NCBI GenBank assembly: GCA_002269645.1
Contig: NIVC01001343.1
Span: forward strand, 124,001 to 188,000
Origin: Macrostomum lignano
Taxonomy: Eukaryota
Length of the DNA stretch: 64,000 nucleotides
Direction of reading: 5' to 3'
Shown here: positions 20,597-34,838 of the stretch, piece by piece
Layout of the letters: each line of letters opens with the position of its first letter
How positions within the stretch are numbered: position 1 is the stretch's first letter
Notes under the pieces: model-generated
What the model saw: the letters and a program-made list of their open reading frames with translations, nothing else
Databases searched by the model: none
Told to the model about the DNA's origin: nothing
Position numbers and translations under genes: made by a program

Positions 20597-21909
20597 CTGC
20601 TTAATAAGTTCGCGGAAAACCAAACTTATCTTCAAGCGAATCAAACGAAATTTTATGAACTTTTTCCTTAGGATATTGGCACCTTTCACACAAATTTTCA
20701 GCCAGTTTGGCCAAAATGTTGCGACGCAGTGGCCGAAGAAGTGATAAAACCCCCGCTCCAGTGCTGCGCCTGACTGAGCGCGACAGGCGAGTCGCAATTC
20801 TGGTCCAATTCCGGCTTGGCCTGTCTGCCTCCGAATACTTGCAGACGCTTCAAAAGGCCCTTGAGAGTGAAGCCCCATCCCAGACGATGGTGTACAAGTG
20901 GTTCGGTCGATTCCGCTCCGGCTGTCTGGAGCTGGACGATGATGAACGTGAAGGCCGTCCAAATTCGTCCATCTCGGACACGACTGTGGCCAGTGTCCGA
21001 AAGCTGCTCGATGCAGACCGCCGAGTGACGATTCGGGAAATCGAAAAACATGTCGGGATTTCGGATTCAAGCGTCATTACTATCTTGCCCGATCACCTCG
21101 GCATGAGGAAGGTGTCAGCTCGCTGGGTCCCTCATCAACTGAAGCCGGCTCAGATGCAGGCCCGCGTGGATTTTGCGAACTTCATGCTCGACAAGTTCGA
21201 CGCAGGCGCCTCAAATTTCGTGGACGGCATCCTCACAGGGGATGAAACGTGGGTGTACTTTTATGATCCCGAGACAAAAGTACAAAGCAAGCAGTGGGTC
21301 GCCTTTGAGGAGGATTCGCCCTTGAAATTTCGTCGCGAGCGAAGCGTCGGCAAAGTGATGGCTGCGGTGTTTTTCCGTCGGTGCGGAATTCTGCCGCCCG
21401 TTCTGCTCGAGGAGGGAGCCACAGTGACTGGCAGCTGGTACTCCAGTGTCTGCCTGCCGCAGGTGCTGGAATTCCTGCGTCGAGAGCGGCCAAAGACCAG
21501 AGATCGCGGCATTTTCCTGCACCACGACAACGTGCCCGCTCACAGAGCCAGTGTCACGCAGCAGTTCTTGGCATCAACTGAGCTGACTCTGCTGCCGCAT
21601 CCGGCCTACTCGCCCGACCTCGCGCCTGCAGATTTCTTTCTCTTTCCGAAGATCAAGAAAAATCTGAAGGGGAAGCGCTTCGACACTCGTGAGGAGCTGG
21701 AACAGGCGTTGAATGCGGAGCTGGAAGCCGTCACAAAGGCGGAATTGAGGGACTGCTTTGCGGCATGGTTTCATCGGATGAAGAAATGCGTTGATCTGGC
21801 TGGGGACTATGTTGAGAAGTGCCATTAGGTTGGGCTAAGTGTGTGTAAAATTTCACGACTGTGCGATAACTATAAGTATGTTTTTCCGCGACTTATTAAG
21901 CAGCCCTCG
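20597..21909 (+). mobile_element. Mariner (Tc1/mariner, DD34D) transposon
   Basis: Right TIR reverse-complements to CGAGGGCTGCTTAATAAGTCGCGGAAAA and is followed by TA (21910-21911). Left TIR CTGCTTAATAAGTTCGCGGAAAA lacks the outer CGAGGG and the TA. Confidence 0.95.
20716..21828 (+). CDS. Mariner transposase, uninterrupted 370-aa ORF
   Basis: HTH region (VYKWFGRFRSG, EREGRP), WVPHQL, ILTGDETWVYFYDPE, HHDNVPAH, YSPDLAPADF; 34 residues between the 2nd and 3rd catalytic Asp. Confidence 0.96.
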   Translation: MLRRSGRRSDKTPAPVLRLTERDRRVAILVQFRLGLSASEYLQTLQKALESEAPSQTMVYKWFGRFRSGCLELDDDEREGRPNSSISDTTVASVRKLLDADRRVTIREIEKHVGISDSSVITILPDHLGMRKVSARWVPHQLKPAQMQARVDFANFMLDKFDAGASNFVDGILTGDETWVYFYDPETKVQSKQWVAFEEDSPLKFRRERSVGKVMAAVFFRRCGILPPVLLEEGATVTGSWYSSVCLPQVLEFLRRERPKTRDRGIFLHHDNVPAHRASVTQQFLASTELTLLPHPAYSPDLAPADFFLFPKIKKNLKGKRFDTREELEQALNAELEAVTKAELRDCFAAWFHRMKKCVDLAGDYVEKCH

Positions 21910-22693
21910 TAAGAATCAAACGCATAAAAGGATAATTAAAATCACAGCAACGAGCCAGGACTTCAGCGAGGATCATCCAACAGTTCGAGATGTTCTGCAA
22001 CACTGGCTGCACCTGCGGTCGTTGGGAAGGCCCAGTAACCAACGAAAGGAGGACCAGCTTTTCTTCAATTTGAAGGACAGGTTTAATAATGACATTTTTA
22101 CACAATCCAAAGTAGCTTATCGGTTTGAATCAAACCCACATTCCCCCAGTGTTTTGTCCACAATTTGTGATGGTAGAAAGCCATTGGCTAAAGAGGATAT
22201 TGTTAAGTGCTTGCAAGTATATCGCTATGCTTATTACTTTTCAAACAGTAGTACTGGCGATGTAGGTCCACTTGTAATTGTTGATGGGCCCAACCTTTGC
22301 GCTAGCAATGCTTTTTCAACTGTTGTGGATCAAATTCGCACAGAGTTACCGAATTCTCACATTTTAACGGTGTTTAAAAATTCTCAAATTAAATACCACG
22401 ACAACTTAAAAATTATTGAATCCAAAGGCTTTTTCCCGAGTTTTGGACATCAAAACTTATCTGAATCTGGAGATGATGATGACGACATGGAAGCCCTCCG
22501 CTTGACCAGACAGTTTGATGCTGCCTTTATTTCCAATGATAAATTTTCTCAGAAGAAATATAGACAGATTAAAGATGCCGTAAAGAATTACATTTATGAG
22601 TACCTGGTTTATGAAGACAAAGCTTTTCTTATTCCACCCCGAGTTCCCTCCGAGTTCCTCCCAGGGGGTCACCATAATAAACCTGAAAGATAG
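21878..22693 (+). CDS. Intronless stand-alone NYN/PIN ribonuclease domain ORF, Regnase-1 (ZC3H12)/N4BP1 type; flanked and possibly truncated by TEs
   Basis: PLVIVDGPNL (cf. RPVVIDGSNV), GDDDDDMEALRLTRQFDAAFISNDKFSQ (cf. [25 protein letters not shown]), YIYEYLVYEDKAFLIPP (cf. LLMYSFVNDKFMPP). No CCCH finger. AT-rich relative to host exons. Confidence 0.75.
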   Translation: MFFRDLLSSPRKNQTHKRIIKITATSQDFSEDHPTVRDVLQHWLHLRSLGRPSNQRKEDQLFFNLKDRFNNDIFTQSKVAYRFESNPHSPSVLSTICDGRKPLAKEDIVKCLQVYRYAYYFSNSSTGDVGPLVIVDGPNLCASNAFSTVVDQIRTELPNSHILTVFKNSQIKYHDNLKIIESKGFFPSFGHQNLSESGDDDDDMEALRLTRQFDAAFISNDKFSQKKYRQIKDAVKNYIYEYLVYEDKAFLIPPRVPSEFLPGGHHNKPER

Positions 22694-23187
22694 CAACTCC
22701 AAAAGCACTTCCCATCATAAACCCGAAATATCTCAATCCGAAATACCACAACTCTGAAAACCAACATAGTGTTGGACATTGCTAGCATTTTCGCAGGTTG
22801 TGCTTTTTTGGGTTTGTGATGCCCCCCCCCCGATCCCCCGAGGGGTCGCTTCACAACCTCGAAAAGCACTTCCTTTCACAAACCCGAAACTGGCTGGCAG
22901 CTGGCTTCACAAGCTCGAAATTTCACAACCTCGATAACCATTCTAGCAGCCCACTTTCACAAACGGTTTTCGAGGTTGTGAAATTTCGAGCTTGTGAAAT
23001 TTCGAGCTAGTGAAGTCGCTTGCTAAAATTTTCGACGATTTGAAATGTCGAGCTTATGAAGTTTCGGGTTTGTGAAAGTGGCTGCTAAAATGGTTTTCGA
23101 GCTTATGAAATTTCGAGCTTAATAAGTAGCTGGTTTCGAGGTTGTGAAATTTCGAGCCTGTGAAAGCAAACCCCCCCCCCCGAGTTC
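22647..23187. mobile_element. Composite MULE/foldback-like non-autonomous element with 15-bp subterminal repeats
   Basis: TTCACAACCTCGAAA-type repeats face inverted TTTCGAGCTTGTGAA-type repeats; G/C-run termini; CCCCGAGTTC occurs at 22637-22646 and 23178-23187 (putative TSD). Confidence 0.65.
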
Positions 23188-24288
23188 ATTTGTTTATATG
23201 CAGGTGTTAGGTACATGCAAAATGCTGAGGGCCTTGATTTTGTAAGTAGATATTTTCGTGGTTAGACCATATGGCTTACAAAAGGCAGAGTTGCAGAAAA
23301 GAATGGTAGCTCGTAGGTGGCAAAGCTCAAACTGGTCTGTGTGAGCGGCTATATAAATTACGTTTTCTGTTTTTGTTAATTACCAGCTAATTTGCCAATT
23401 GGTTCCAATTGTGCTTTTGCACGTTTTGTTGAGTTAATGCATGGGGTTCCAATCAATATAATTTTCCTTCGGTGTTGAAAATTTAATTCTTTTTGGCTTG
23501 CTAAAACGGATAGGTTTAGTGGCATATACTAATTAATGAAAAATATGGTTTGGAGTAGCGCTAAGATTTTCAAGTGTACGATGTCAAGATTTTTAGAATG
23601 AGCAATTATTTTTTCTTGGCAAAATATATGGAGTTTGTGCCGTCAAGCAGTGAATGGTGTGAGATACAAACGCCGTTTTTTGAGTCGGAGTATACTTACG
23701 ATCATGGGTTTACGTTTTTGTTTGTGAGTCCCTAGTTTTTATTACTTTGATTACTGACAGTCTGGACCTTTCAGATAAGAGCATAAAACTACGAAATCGA
23801 GTCCTCTTAAAGTATAGCTAGTCTGTGCTGATCGTGTACTCTGTGTACTCTGTACATTGCTTAGTATAAAAAATGAGCATTTACATACATGGTTAAAAAA
23901 ATTTTCGAGTGAGATGACAAGATAGCGGTACCTAGGCCTGTAGTATAGAGTATACTTTACATTGCAGTCAATACGACGTAAACAACACTGCAACTACATG
24001 TACTGGTACCATCAGGTCGCGATCATTTTTAGCCAATTCTGGACCTACGAGGGCAAATAAATACTTTTCTCTATTACTGCAGCTGTACCGCTATATGGTT
24101 TTTACATGTGTCATACATGTACATGCAGCTCTCGAAACAAATCTCTAAGATCGTGTAGGCTATGCATGGGTACTGTACATTGTACTTACATGTACTGCTC
24201 ACTTCAAATGATTATTATCGTAATATGTGGTTGCATCCACATTGCACGCTATATCGTCGATACCATGATAAGTGATTTTTAGCAGCGA

Positions 24289-24705
24289 CTCGGCAGCTGG
24301 ACTCGGCGCACTCAGGCTGCTCAATGCAGCCTTTCGAGCTGACGAGAGCGTCGGGACCGAGGCCCTGTACGATCGAGCCAAGCTGCAGCATCCGTCCATC
24401 ATCCTGCGCCGGCGGCGACTTCAACTGGCGGGCCACGTGATCCGGGCCGAGGGCTACTGCCCCCAACCTGTTCAGGACGTCCTGCTGCTCACCTTGCAGG
24501 GCCCGTTCAGGCGTGGTCAGGCCCGAACCCGTCGATGCGTGGACTGCCTGCTGTGCGACGCTGGGGTGCGGCCGACACTGCCAACGGAGCGGACTTTGTC
24601 CGCTCCCATGCAGGCTTTGTGGCGCGCCATCTGACGCGCCCTGCTCTAACTGGTACCTTACAAAGTACATGCGGGGCCGCGTATTTTGTTTTTGTTGTTG
24701 TTGCA
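24289..24705 (+). mobile_element. 5'-truncated RTE-clade LINE (3' end)
   Basis: TEALYDRAKLQHPSIILRRRRLQLAGHVIRAE..RRGQARTRR; closely similar to 29250-29610; (GTT)n tail. Confidence 0.9.
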
Positions 24706-25110
24706 AATAAAAATAAGCTGGATATTTAAATAACAAAAACACCCATGTTTGCTCCAATTTGATTTCTACGCGTGGCTGAGATGTTTGCAGCTGGCTGGAG
24801 AAATGTGATGTTAATTTTGCTAGAGTTAAAAAATACACGAGTTAAAAAATTCTATGATATTATTATAACAATACGTCCTTGCTCGCAAATGAACTGGGTA
24901 GTACCGCAAGTAGTGGAACGAAAATCCGCGGAAATTCCACGGATTTGCCTGGGCAAACCAATATGGAACTAAATTTTATGGGAATTGTCTCGTAAATATT
25001 GAAATGAATTATTACTTGGGAATAAACTCAGAACTTTCTAGATATAGAATCAGGATGACATTCAGTGCCTTTTCCATGATTTCTAATTAGATTCAACCTC
25101 GGCCATTGCC

Positions 25111-27173
<2,063 letters not shown>

Positions 27174-28657
27174 ATCTATATATTTATCTAAGTGGCCTTT
27201 CAAAACTTTTTCACTGAAACGCACGCGTGAGAGCCGCGTTCTGTATATATTGCTTTAGTTGTCCTTGAGGCAAGCAAAATAGTGAGACTATAGGCATGTA
27301 GATAAAAATGTAAAGCTAAAGGTATAGTGAGAGATATGCGGTAGTTAACTGTGGGACAAGGAGGGGAGTCAAACAAACGTTAGCTTTGGGTAAGGATATG
27401 GCAGCATGTAGTCAATAAGGCATAAGCGTACAAAGAGTAAAAGCTGTAAAACACACAATAAAACGTGTCTCGTCTTCCTTGAATACAGGGCGTTTGCTAT
27501 TGACGCGTACTTGATTTCTACGAAAACGCTCGTTTTAAATGCGCGCATCTATCTATCTATCTTTAAATGCGTACGGACGCATCAAGGTACGTACATGACC
27601 AGATTTTTAGTTCCACGAAAATAAATAAACAAAAAATCAAATGCATACTACAGTAAGGAAAATCTTTTCAAAATTAAACTAAAAGCATTTTTGCAATATA
27701 ACATCTGAGTAGACCTTACACAAAAGATATCTTTTCAATTGAACATCTGTGAGCTTCGTGGCACACCTCGAATGCTGAAATGGAGAGATTTCTTCCTGCT
27801 TTTTTATCTGTTGTGGAGACGCATCGTTCGCCACAGCGGCAAAAAACACCTGAGCTTGTTTGGCAACGCTGGCGACCTCAGCCTCTTTTTCTCGTCTGTT
27901 GAAAGCACAGAAAGAGGTGGGTTCAAGCGTTGACAGCATATTGAAGACCGAGATGCTGACTGTGTCTGCTGACGTATCAGCGGACCTGACATGCCACGAC
28001 GCAGACGCACGCTGCCAGCAGTGGTTCATCACATCAGCGGTCTGGTGCTCCGTGGAGAAAAAAACCTTTCATATGAAGAGCCAGGCCCGAACCCATTGAT
28101 CAATCCAAACTAGATGTACACGTATAGCTGTTCTACGTGTTCTCTATACACTACATGTACTTTTTGCAATCTGAACCGTATGTCATCACAGCCTTAAAAG
28201 ATCCCCTGATAAAAATCCGTCTGTATGATCCCGGAGTTCTCGATTTGTGCCCAAGCAGATTCCTATTAGCTATTCGGCTGCATGCTGCTCGCCGCTAGCT
28301 CCAACCCTTTGATACCCATCCCAGGCGGGGCTCCGGCCTCGCCAGGTCTGGTCATACCGTAGATCCAGGTTTGCCAGGTCACAGAGTGGTGGCAGCCAGT
28401 GGGTCATGCAATAACCCAATGATCAATATTTGCACCTTAGCTATCGATGGGGCACATTTGGGTCCTTACCGCGTCTCTAATATAGCACTACCAAAAAGTT
28501 ATCAATATGCATGGGCGGGACAACCTGAAGGGCGATCTGTCGGTCATAGTCTGGTCATAGACGGCTGGCAGCCATCCATATAGTCATACGATCTGATCCT
28601 TCCCCATGAGAAGACGGTTCACTATAGGGCGATTACATACATGTAAATCATCATCAG

Positions 28658-29650
28658 TTCGACACTTCATCAGGAGTTCTGCATGGCGACACTTTGGCGC
28701 CGTTTCTCTTCGTGCTGCTGCCACTGGGTGCTTCGGACCGCAGTCTCCTCGGCTAACGACGGCTTCCTGCGCTGCGCAGACGCATCGGTCGCCGCCACGG
28801 CGAAAAGCGCTTTATTATTATTTGCTTGGCTACGCCGACGAACTCGCCCTCCTGTCCTCGTCCGTTCAAGGTGGCATCCCGCCAGATCGACAGGTTGGTC
28901 AAGGTGGCATTGAGCGTCGGACTGGTTGTCAACACGCTAAAGACCTAGGTGCTGACTGTGCCGGCCGACATCCCAGCGCTAGCGGACCTGACATTTCGCC
29001 TCGCAGACGGGCAGATGACCACGCTCGCGCGCACGCTACCAGCGGGATCACCTACTCGGCGGTCTGGTGCCTCACGTGGACGAAGACCTCGATCCGGCGG
29101 CGCCGAGGACTTGCCTGGGCGGCCTTCCGTTCGATCCGGGCCGACGTCCAGTCCGAAGCGCTGCCCGTCCGCTAGAGGGCTCGTCGGCTGTGGCAGGCGG
29201 TGTGCTCTACAACGCCAAGACGTGGACACTGACGGCTACGCTTAAGAGCGGCAGCTGGACTCGGCGCATTCAGGGCTGCTCCGTGCGACCTTTCGAGCTG
29301 ATGAGAGCGTCGGGACTGAGGCCCTGTACGATCGGGCCAAGCTGCAGCGCCCGTCCACCATCCTGCGCCGGCGGCGACTTCAACTGGCGGGCCACGTACG
29401 TGATCCGGGCCGAGGGCTACTGCCCCCAACCTGTTCAGGACGTCCTGTTGCTCACTCTGCAGGGTCCGCTCAGGCGGGGTCAGGCCCAAACCCGTCGATA
29501 CGTGGACTGCCTCCTACGTACGCGACGCCAGGGCGCCCGACACTGCCAACGGGGCGGACTTCGTCCGCTCTCAGGCTCTGCGGCGCGCCATCTGAAGCAC
29601 CCTGCTCTGTGACTTTGATTGCTAGCTGCATAATTTGTTGTTGTTGTTGC
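28658..29650 (+). mobile_element. 5'-truncated, frameshifted RTE-clade LINE (reverse transcriptase C-terminal half)
   Basis: SGVLHGDTLAPFLF, LLGYADELALL, GLVVNTLKT, RRRRGLAWAAF, YNAKTWTLT, RRRRLQLAGH; (GTT)n tail. Confidence 0.92.
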
Positions 29651-30254
29651 TTTTATGAGCTAACTTTTACAGTGTATATATTTTTTATTCATTTAAGTAA
29701 AACAATTAGTTGAAACAAGTTATACTTCATATAGTCCCAGGTAATTTTTTTTCTAGTCTTGTAACTAAAAACTAAAACAAAGTTCATCTACGCGTAAATA
29801 TTTAATACCATCATTATAGAGTGACAGTTTTGCTCAGCAAAAGACATGTGAGCATCACTTTTAATGCTTATATTTTATTTTTATGAGGTTAAATTTTCAA
29901 AGAAAGTGCAGATAAATTAAATATCTTTTTTATAATTATAATTATAATTATAATATGTAATTAATATTATAATTTTATATTGAAATATAATATAATTATA
30001 AATTTATATTGAAGAGAGGGTGTGTAAGGAAACTTTCGTTCAGTAGTGCAACCAGAAATTTTATGAGGGGGGCGGATTCTGGAGGGTAAAGTCCTGGGAG
30101 GTGGGGCGGACGGGGTGGCTCTGTTTTGGCGAAAATTCGCTTGGTCCCCCTTTGATTCTTTGATTTTTTGGGTCTCCGCGCCTATAAGAGTAGGAATATC
30201 GCAATTAAAGCTATACCTCGTAATTTGTACTCATTTTTGTATTAATACTAGCAA

Positions 30255-31340
30255 TCTACGCCCCCCGTTGGGGAGCCAAGGAAATGCAATACACGTTTTT
30301 TTAATAAGCTACATGTATCCTTGAAATCTTAAAAAATCTCCTGTCAAACCTTGTAAGCCTTGACATGTCAGTAATTCCCCCCCACAAGCTTTAACATATC
30401 AACTTCCCCCCTTGACATCTCAGCAATGCCCCCAATAAGCCTTGGAAATCTAAAAATATCTGTCAACCTTCTAACCCTAACCCTAGCCTAACCCTAACCC
30501 TAACCCTAACCCTAACCCTAACCCTAACCCTAACCCTAACCTAACCCTAAAGCATTGAAATTCCAGTAATTCTCTCTAAGAGTCATAATAGCACTACTAC
30601 AGCATTATAGCGATTCCCTGCAAGCCTCGACATCGTAGGGATTCCCAAATGAATCTCTTAACTTCGACATGAAGCTTCTTTTATTTTTTACATTACGCTT
30701 TTTTTATCAGCGATCCCTCCCCTGAGGAGGCATCAAATAATGTAATAAAAAGTTTTCAATAAACTACATGTAGCTTCTGACTTTAGCCTTGAAATCTCAT
30801 TTATACCCCCGTGAGCCTTGACATCTCAGCTATTCCCCCCGTAAGCCTTGACATGTCAGCGATGGCCCCCATAAACCTTGAAATCTAAAAAATCCCCTGT
30901 TAACCTTGAAACCCGATAAAATATAACCCTCAACCCAAACCTGACCTAAACCTAACTTTAACCCAACCTAAAGCCTTGAAATCTCAGCAATTCTTCTCCC
31001 CTAAGCCTTGACATTTTAGTGATTCCTTCTTTAAGAATCACAGCACTATAACGATTTCCACCAAGCTTTGACATCGTAGCGATTCCCAAATGAATCTTTT
31101 AACTTCGACATGACTTTTCTTTTATGTATACGTAGTGCTACTTTTATTTTTTACATGACTCTTCTTCTATCAGCGCCCCCCCCCGTGGCGAGCCAACAAA
31201 GAATGCAATAAAAAAAATTGAGTAAAGTACATGAACTTTGAATTAGCTTCTGACTTTTGCTTTGACATCTCAGAAACCCCCCCGTAATCTCAGTTATTCT
31301 CTGAGAGCCTTTACGTCTCAGTTTTTCTCCCCAGCACAGC
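30255..31340. repeat. ~460-bp tandem units (about 2.3 copies) with AAGCCTTGACAT subrepeats and CCTAA tracts
   Basis: Homologous unit starts near 30258, 30713 and 31172 (gcccccc..gagcc..aatgcaata), each followed by the same block order. Confidence 0.7.
30471..30550. repeat. Interstitial telomere-like (CCCTAA)n, ~13 units
   Basis: Direct reading. Confidence 0.95.
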
Positions 31341-31454
31341 ATTATAGCTGCATTTAATTTTTACATGACACCCTTCATGTCTGACACGACGCTTCTTTTA
31401 TTCTACCATGATGCTTCTTAATTTTTTAAATGACACTTTCATTAGTTTTAAATG

Positions 31455-33775
31455 AGGCTTCTATGATTTTTTCTTGACGCTTCTATGATTTTTACATGAC
31501 GCTTCTATGATTTTTTTACATGACGCTTCTATGATTTTTACATGACGCTTCTATGATTTTTTTACATGACGCTTCTATGATTTTTATATGACGCTTCTAT
31601 GATTGTTTACATGACGCTTCTATGATTGTTTACATGACGCTTCTATGATTGTTTACATGACGCTTCTATGATTGTTTACATGACGTTTCTATGATTGTTT
31701 ACATGACGCTTCTATAATTTTTTACATGACGCTTCTATGATTGTTTACATGACGCTTCTATGATTGTTTACATGACGCTTCTATGACTTTTTAAATGACG
31801 CTTCTGTGATTTTAATATGACGCTTCTATGATTGTTTACATGACGCTTCTATGATTTTTACATGACGCTTCTATGATATTTTATATGACGCTTCTATGAT
31901 TTTTATTTGACGCTTCTATGACTTTTTAAATGACGCTTCTATGATTTTAATATGACGCTTCTATGATTGTTTACATGACGCTTCTATGATTGTTTACATG
32001 ACGCTTCTATGTTTGTTTACATGACGTTTCTATGATTGTTTACATGACGCTTCTATAATTTTTTACATGACGCTTCTATGATTGTTTACATGACGCTTCT
32101 ATGATTGTTTACATGACGCTTCTATGACTTTTTAAATGACGCTTCTGTGATTTTAATATGACGCTTCTATGATTGTTTACATGACGCTTCTATGATTTTT
32201 ACATGACGCTTCTATGATATTTTATATGACGCTTCTATGACTTTTTAAATGACGCTTCTATGATTTTAATATGACGCTTCTATGATTTTTTTAAATAACG
32301 CTTCTATGATTTTTATATGACGCTTCTACGATTTTTTACATGACGCTTCTATGATTGTTTACATGACGCTTCTATGATTGTTTACATGACGCTTCTATGA
32401 TTTTTTTAATTACGCTTCTATGATTTTTAAATGACGTTTCTACGATTTTTTACATGACGTTTCTATGATTGTTTACATGACGCTTCTATGACTTTTTAAA
32501 TGACGCTTCTATGATTTTAATATGACGCTTCTACGATTTTTTACATGACGCTTCTATGATTGTTTACATGACGCTTCTATGGTTTTTTAAATGACGCTTC
32601 TATGATTTTTATATGACGCTTCTACGATTTTTTACATGACGCTTCTATGACTGTTTACATGACGCTTCTATGATTTTTTACATGACGCTTCTATGATTTT
32701 TTACATGACGCTTCTATGATTGTTTACATGACGCTTCTATGATTGTTTACATGACGCTTCTATGATATTTTATATGACGCTTCTATGATTTTTATATGAC
32801 GCTTCTATGATTGTTTACATGACGCTTCTATGATTTTTTACATGACGCTTCTATGATTTTTTTAATGGCGCTTCTATTATTTTTATATGACGCTTCTACG
32901 ATTTTTTACATGACGCTTTTATGATTGTTTACATATTGACGCTTCTATGATTTTTTAAATGACGCTTCTATGATTTTTATTTGACGCTTTTATGATTTTT
33001 TACATGACGCTTCTATGATTGTTTACATGACGCTTCTATGATATTTTATATGACGCTTCTATGATTTTTATATGACGCTTCTATGATTGTTTACATGACG
33101 CTTCTTATGATTTTTTACATGACGCTTCTATGATTTTTTTAATGGCGCTTCTATTATTTTTATATGACGCTTCTACGATTTTTTACATGACGCTTCTATG
33201 ATTGTTTACATATTGACGCTTCTATGATTTTTTAAATGACGCTTCTATGATTTTTATTTGACGCTTTTATGATTTTTTACAAGACGCTTCTATGATTTTT
33301 AAAATGACGCTTCTATGATTTTTATATGACGCTTCTACGATTTTTTACATGACGCTTCTATGATTGTTTACATGACGCTTCTATGATTGTTTACATGACG
33401 CTTCTATGATTGTTTACATGACGCTTCTATGATTGTTTACATGACGCTTCTATGATTGTTTACATGACGCTTCTATGATTGTTTACATGACGCTTCTATG
33501 ATTGTTTACATGACGCTTCTATGATTTTTTACATGACGCTTCTATGATTGTTTACATGACGCTTCTTTGATTGTTTACATGACGCTTCTATGATTTTTTA
33601 CATGACGCTTCTATGATTTTTTACATGACGCTTCTATGATTGTTTACATGACGCTTCCATGATTGTTTACATGACGCTTCTATGATTTTTTACATGACGC
33701 TTCTATGATTGTTTATATGACGCTTCTATGATTTTTTACATGACGCTTCTATGATTTTTACATGACGCTTCTTTT
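31455..33775. repeat. ~23-bp minisatellite (ATGACGCTTCTATGATTGTTTAC), ~100 copies
   Basis: Direct tandem units with a variable T run. Confidence 0.98.
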
Positions 33776-34059
33776 TAAAAAGTCTTTTAGTTTTCCTGAC
33801 GTTGAAAAGCTTTAATTAAAAAAATTATACTCTATGAAAATTCGAACCATCGTCGCTGCTTTAGCAGTTCAGTCTGTTTACCTCTAGGCTAGCTCTCATC
33901 TTTTGATAACATCAAATTTTGCACTTAAATAATTCAACACTTTAAAATCCAAGCATAGAGTAAATCACACGAGGCAGTTATGACATAATCAGTTTCTCAG
34001 TCAGTCAGTATCAGTTAACAATATGGTTACGCAATTTAAATCAAGTCTGGTGCTACGCT

Positions 34060-34375
34060 TCCACACTGCATTTTCAATTCAAGTCGGAGTTACAATTCAG
34101 TTATGACACAATCTATTTCAGAATCAGAACCAACCAGTCAGTTTTTTCTCTAGCATTCTTACAATGCATTTCAAGTCGAAAAGTTTGCTTGACCTTTGCA
34201 AAAAAGCATGTTTTTCGAATATTTAATGCCTTTAGCATCGAGCAATTTCTTAGCCGCGATGCATGTACAGTCACGGGAAAATTTCTGATCGAACAGTGCA
34301 AGTTTGAACAAAATCGGTCCAGCCATTTTTTCTCTAATCGATCACATAGATAGATAGATAGACATATTTATACTC
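34060..34375. mobile_element. Possible DINE-1/Lep1-like non-autonomous Helitron/Helentron fragment
   Basis: CAAGTTTGAACAAAATCGGTCCAGCC followed by a short (GATA)n resembles the conserved core of such elements; ends not identified. Confidence 0.3.
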
Positions 34376-34838
34376 GTTGTTAGTTGTTAGTCGTCACTTT
34401 TCGTCCAAAAATACCGTAAAAATTCTGGCGCGCTTTCAAATACTTTATCTTTTACAATAACTCGGCAAATCGTCTTTATAAACTTCTATTTCGAAAATTT
34501 TTCCAAATACATAGCTCTATAATATATTGGCCAAACAGGCTAATTGCCTGAGCCAAATTCTCTTACTCTTACTACTAACTGAAAATCCGGTCATGGTACG
34601 TACGCCCACGCCCACGCCCATCCATGTGGTGTGGTGTGGCGTTCTTCATCGAGTATTAGATACTTATGTACCTTAGCATTGAGTAATGGAAAGATTATTG
34701 TAACTGATAAATTTTAATGCACAAAATATCATTATACTATATAGACTATAATATAGTATGAATAGGCCTATCAGAATATGATATTATAGGCTATCTTCTC
34801 GAATCGTTCGTTTAATTCCAACCCCACCACCCTTGAAT

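Noticed and set aside
27679-28099. GC-richer patch with several short ORFs
   Set aside because: No recognisable motif and no consistent splice pattern; may be decayed coding or TE sequence.
30471-30550. Chromosome end or fusion site
   Set aside because: Only ~80 bp, single orientation, and embedded in a repeated unit whose second copy has a decayed version.
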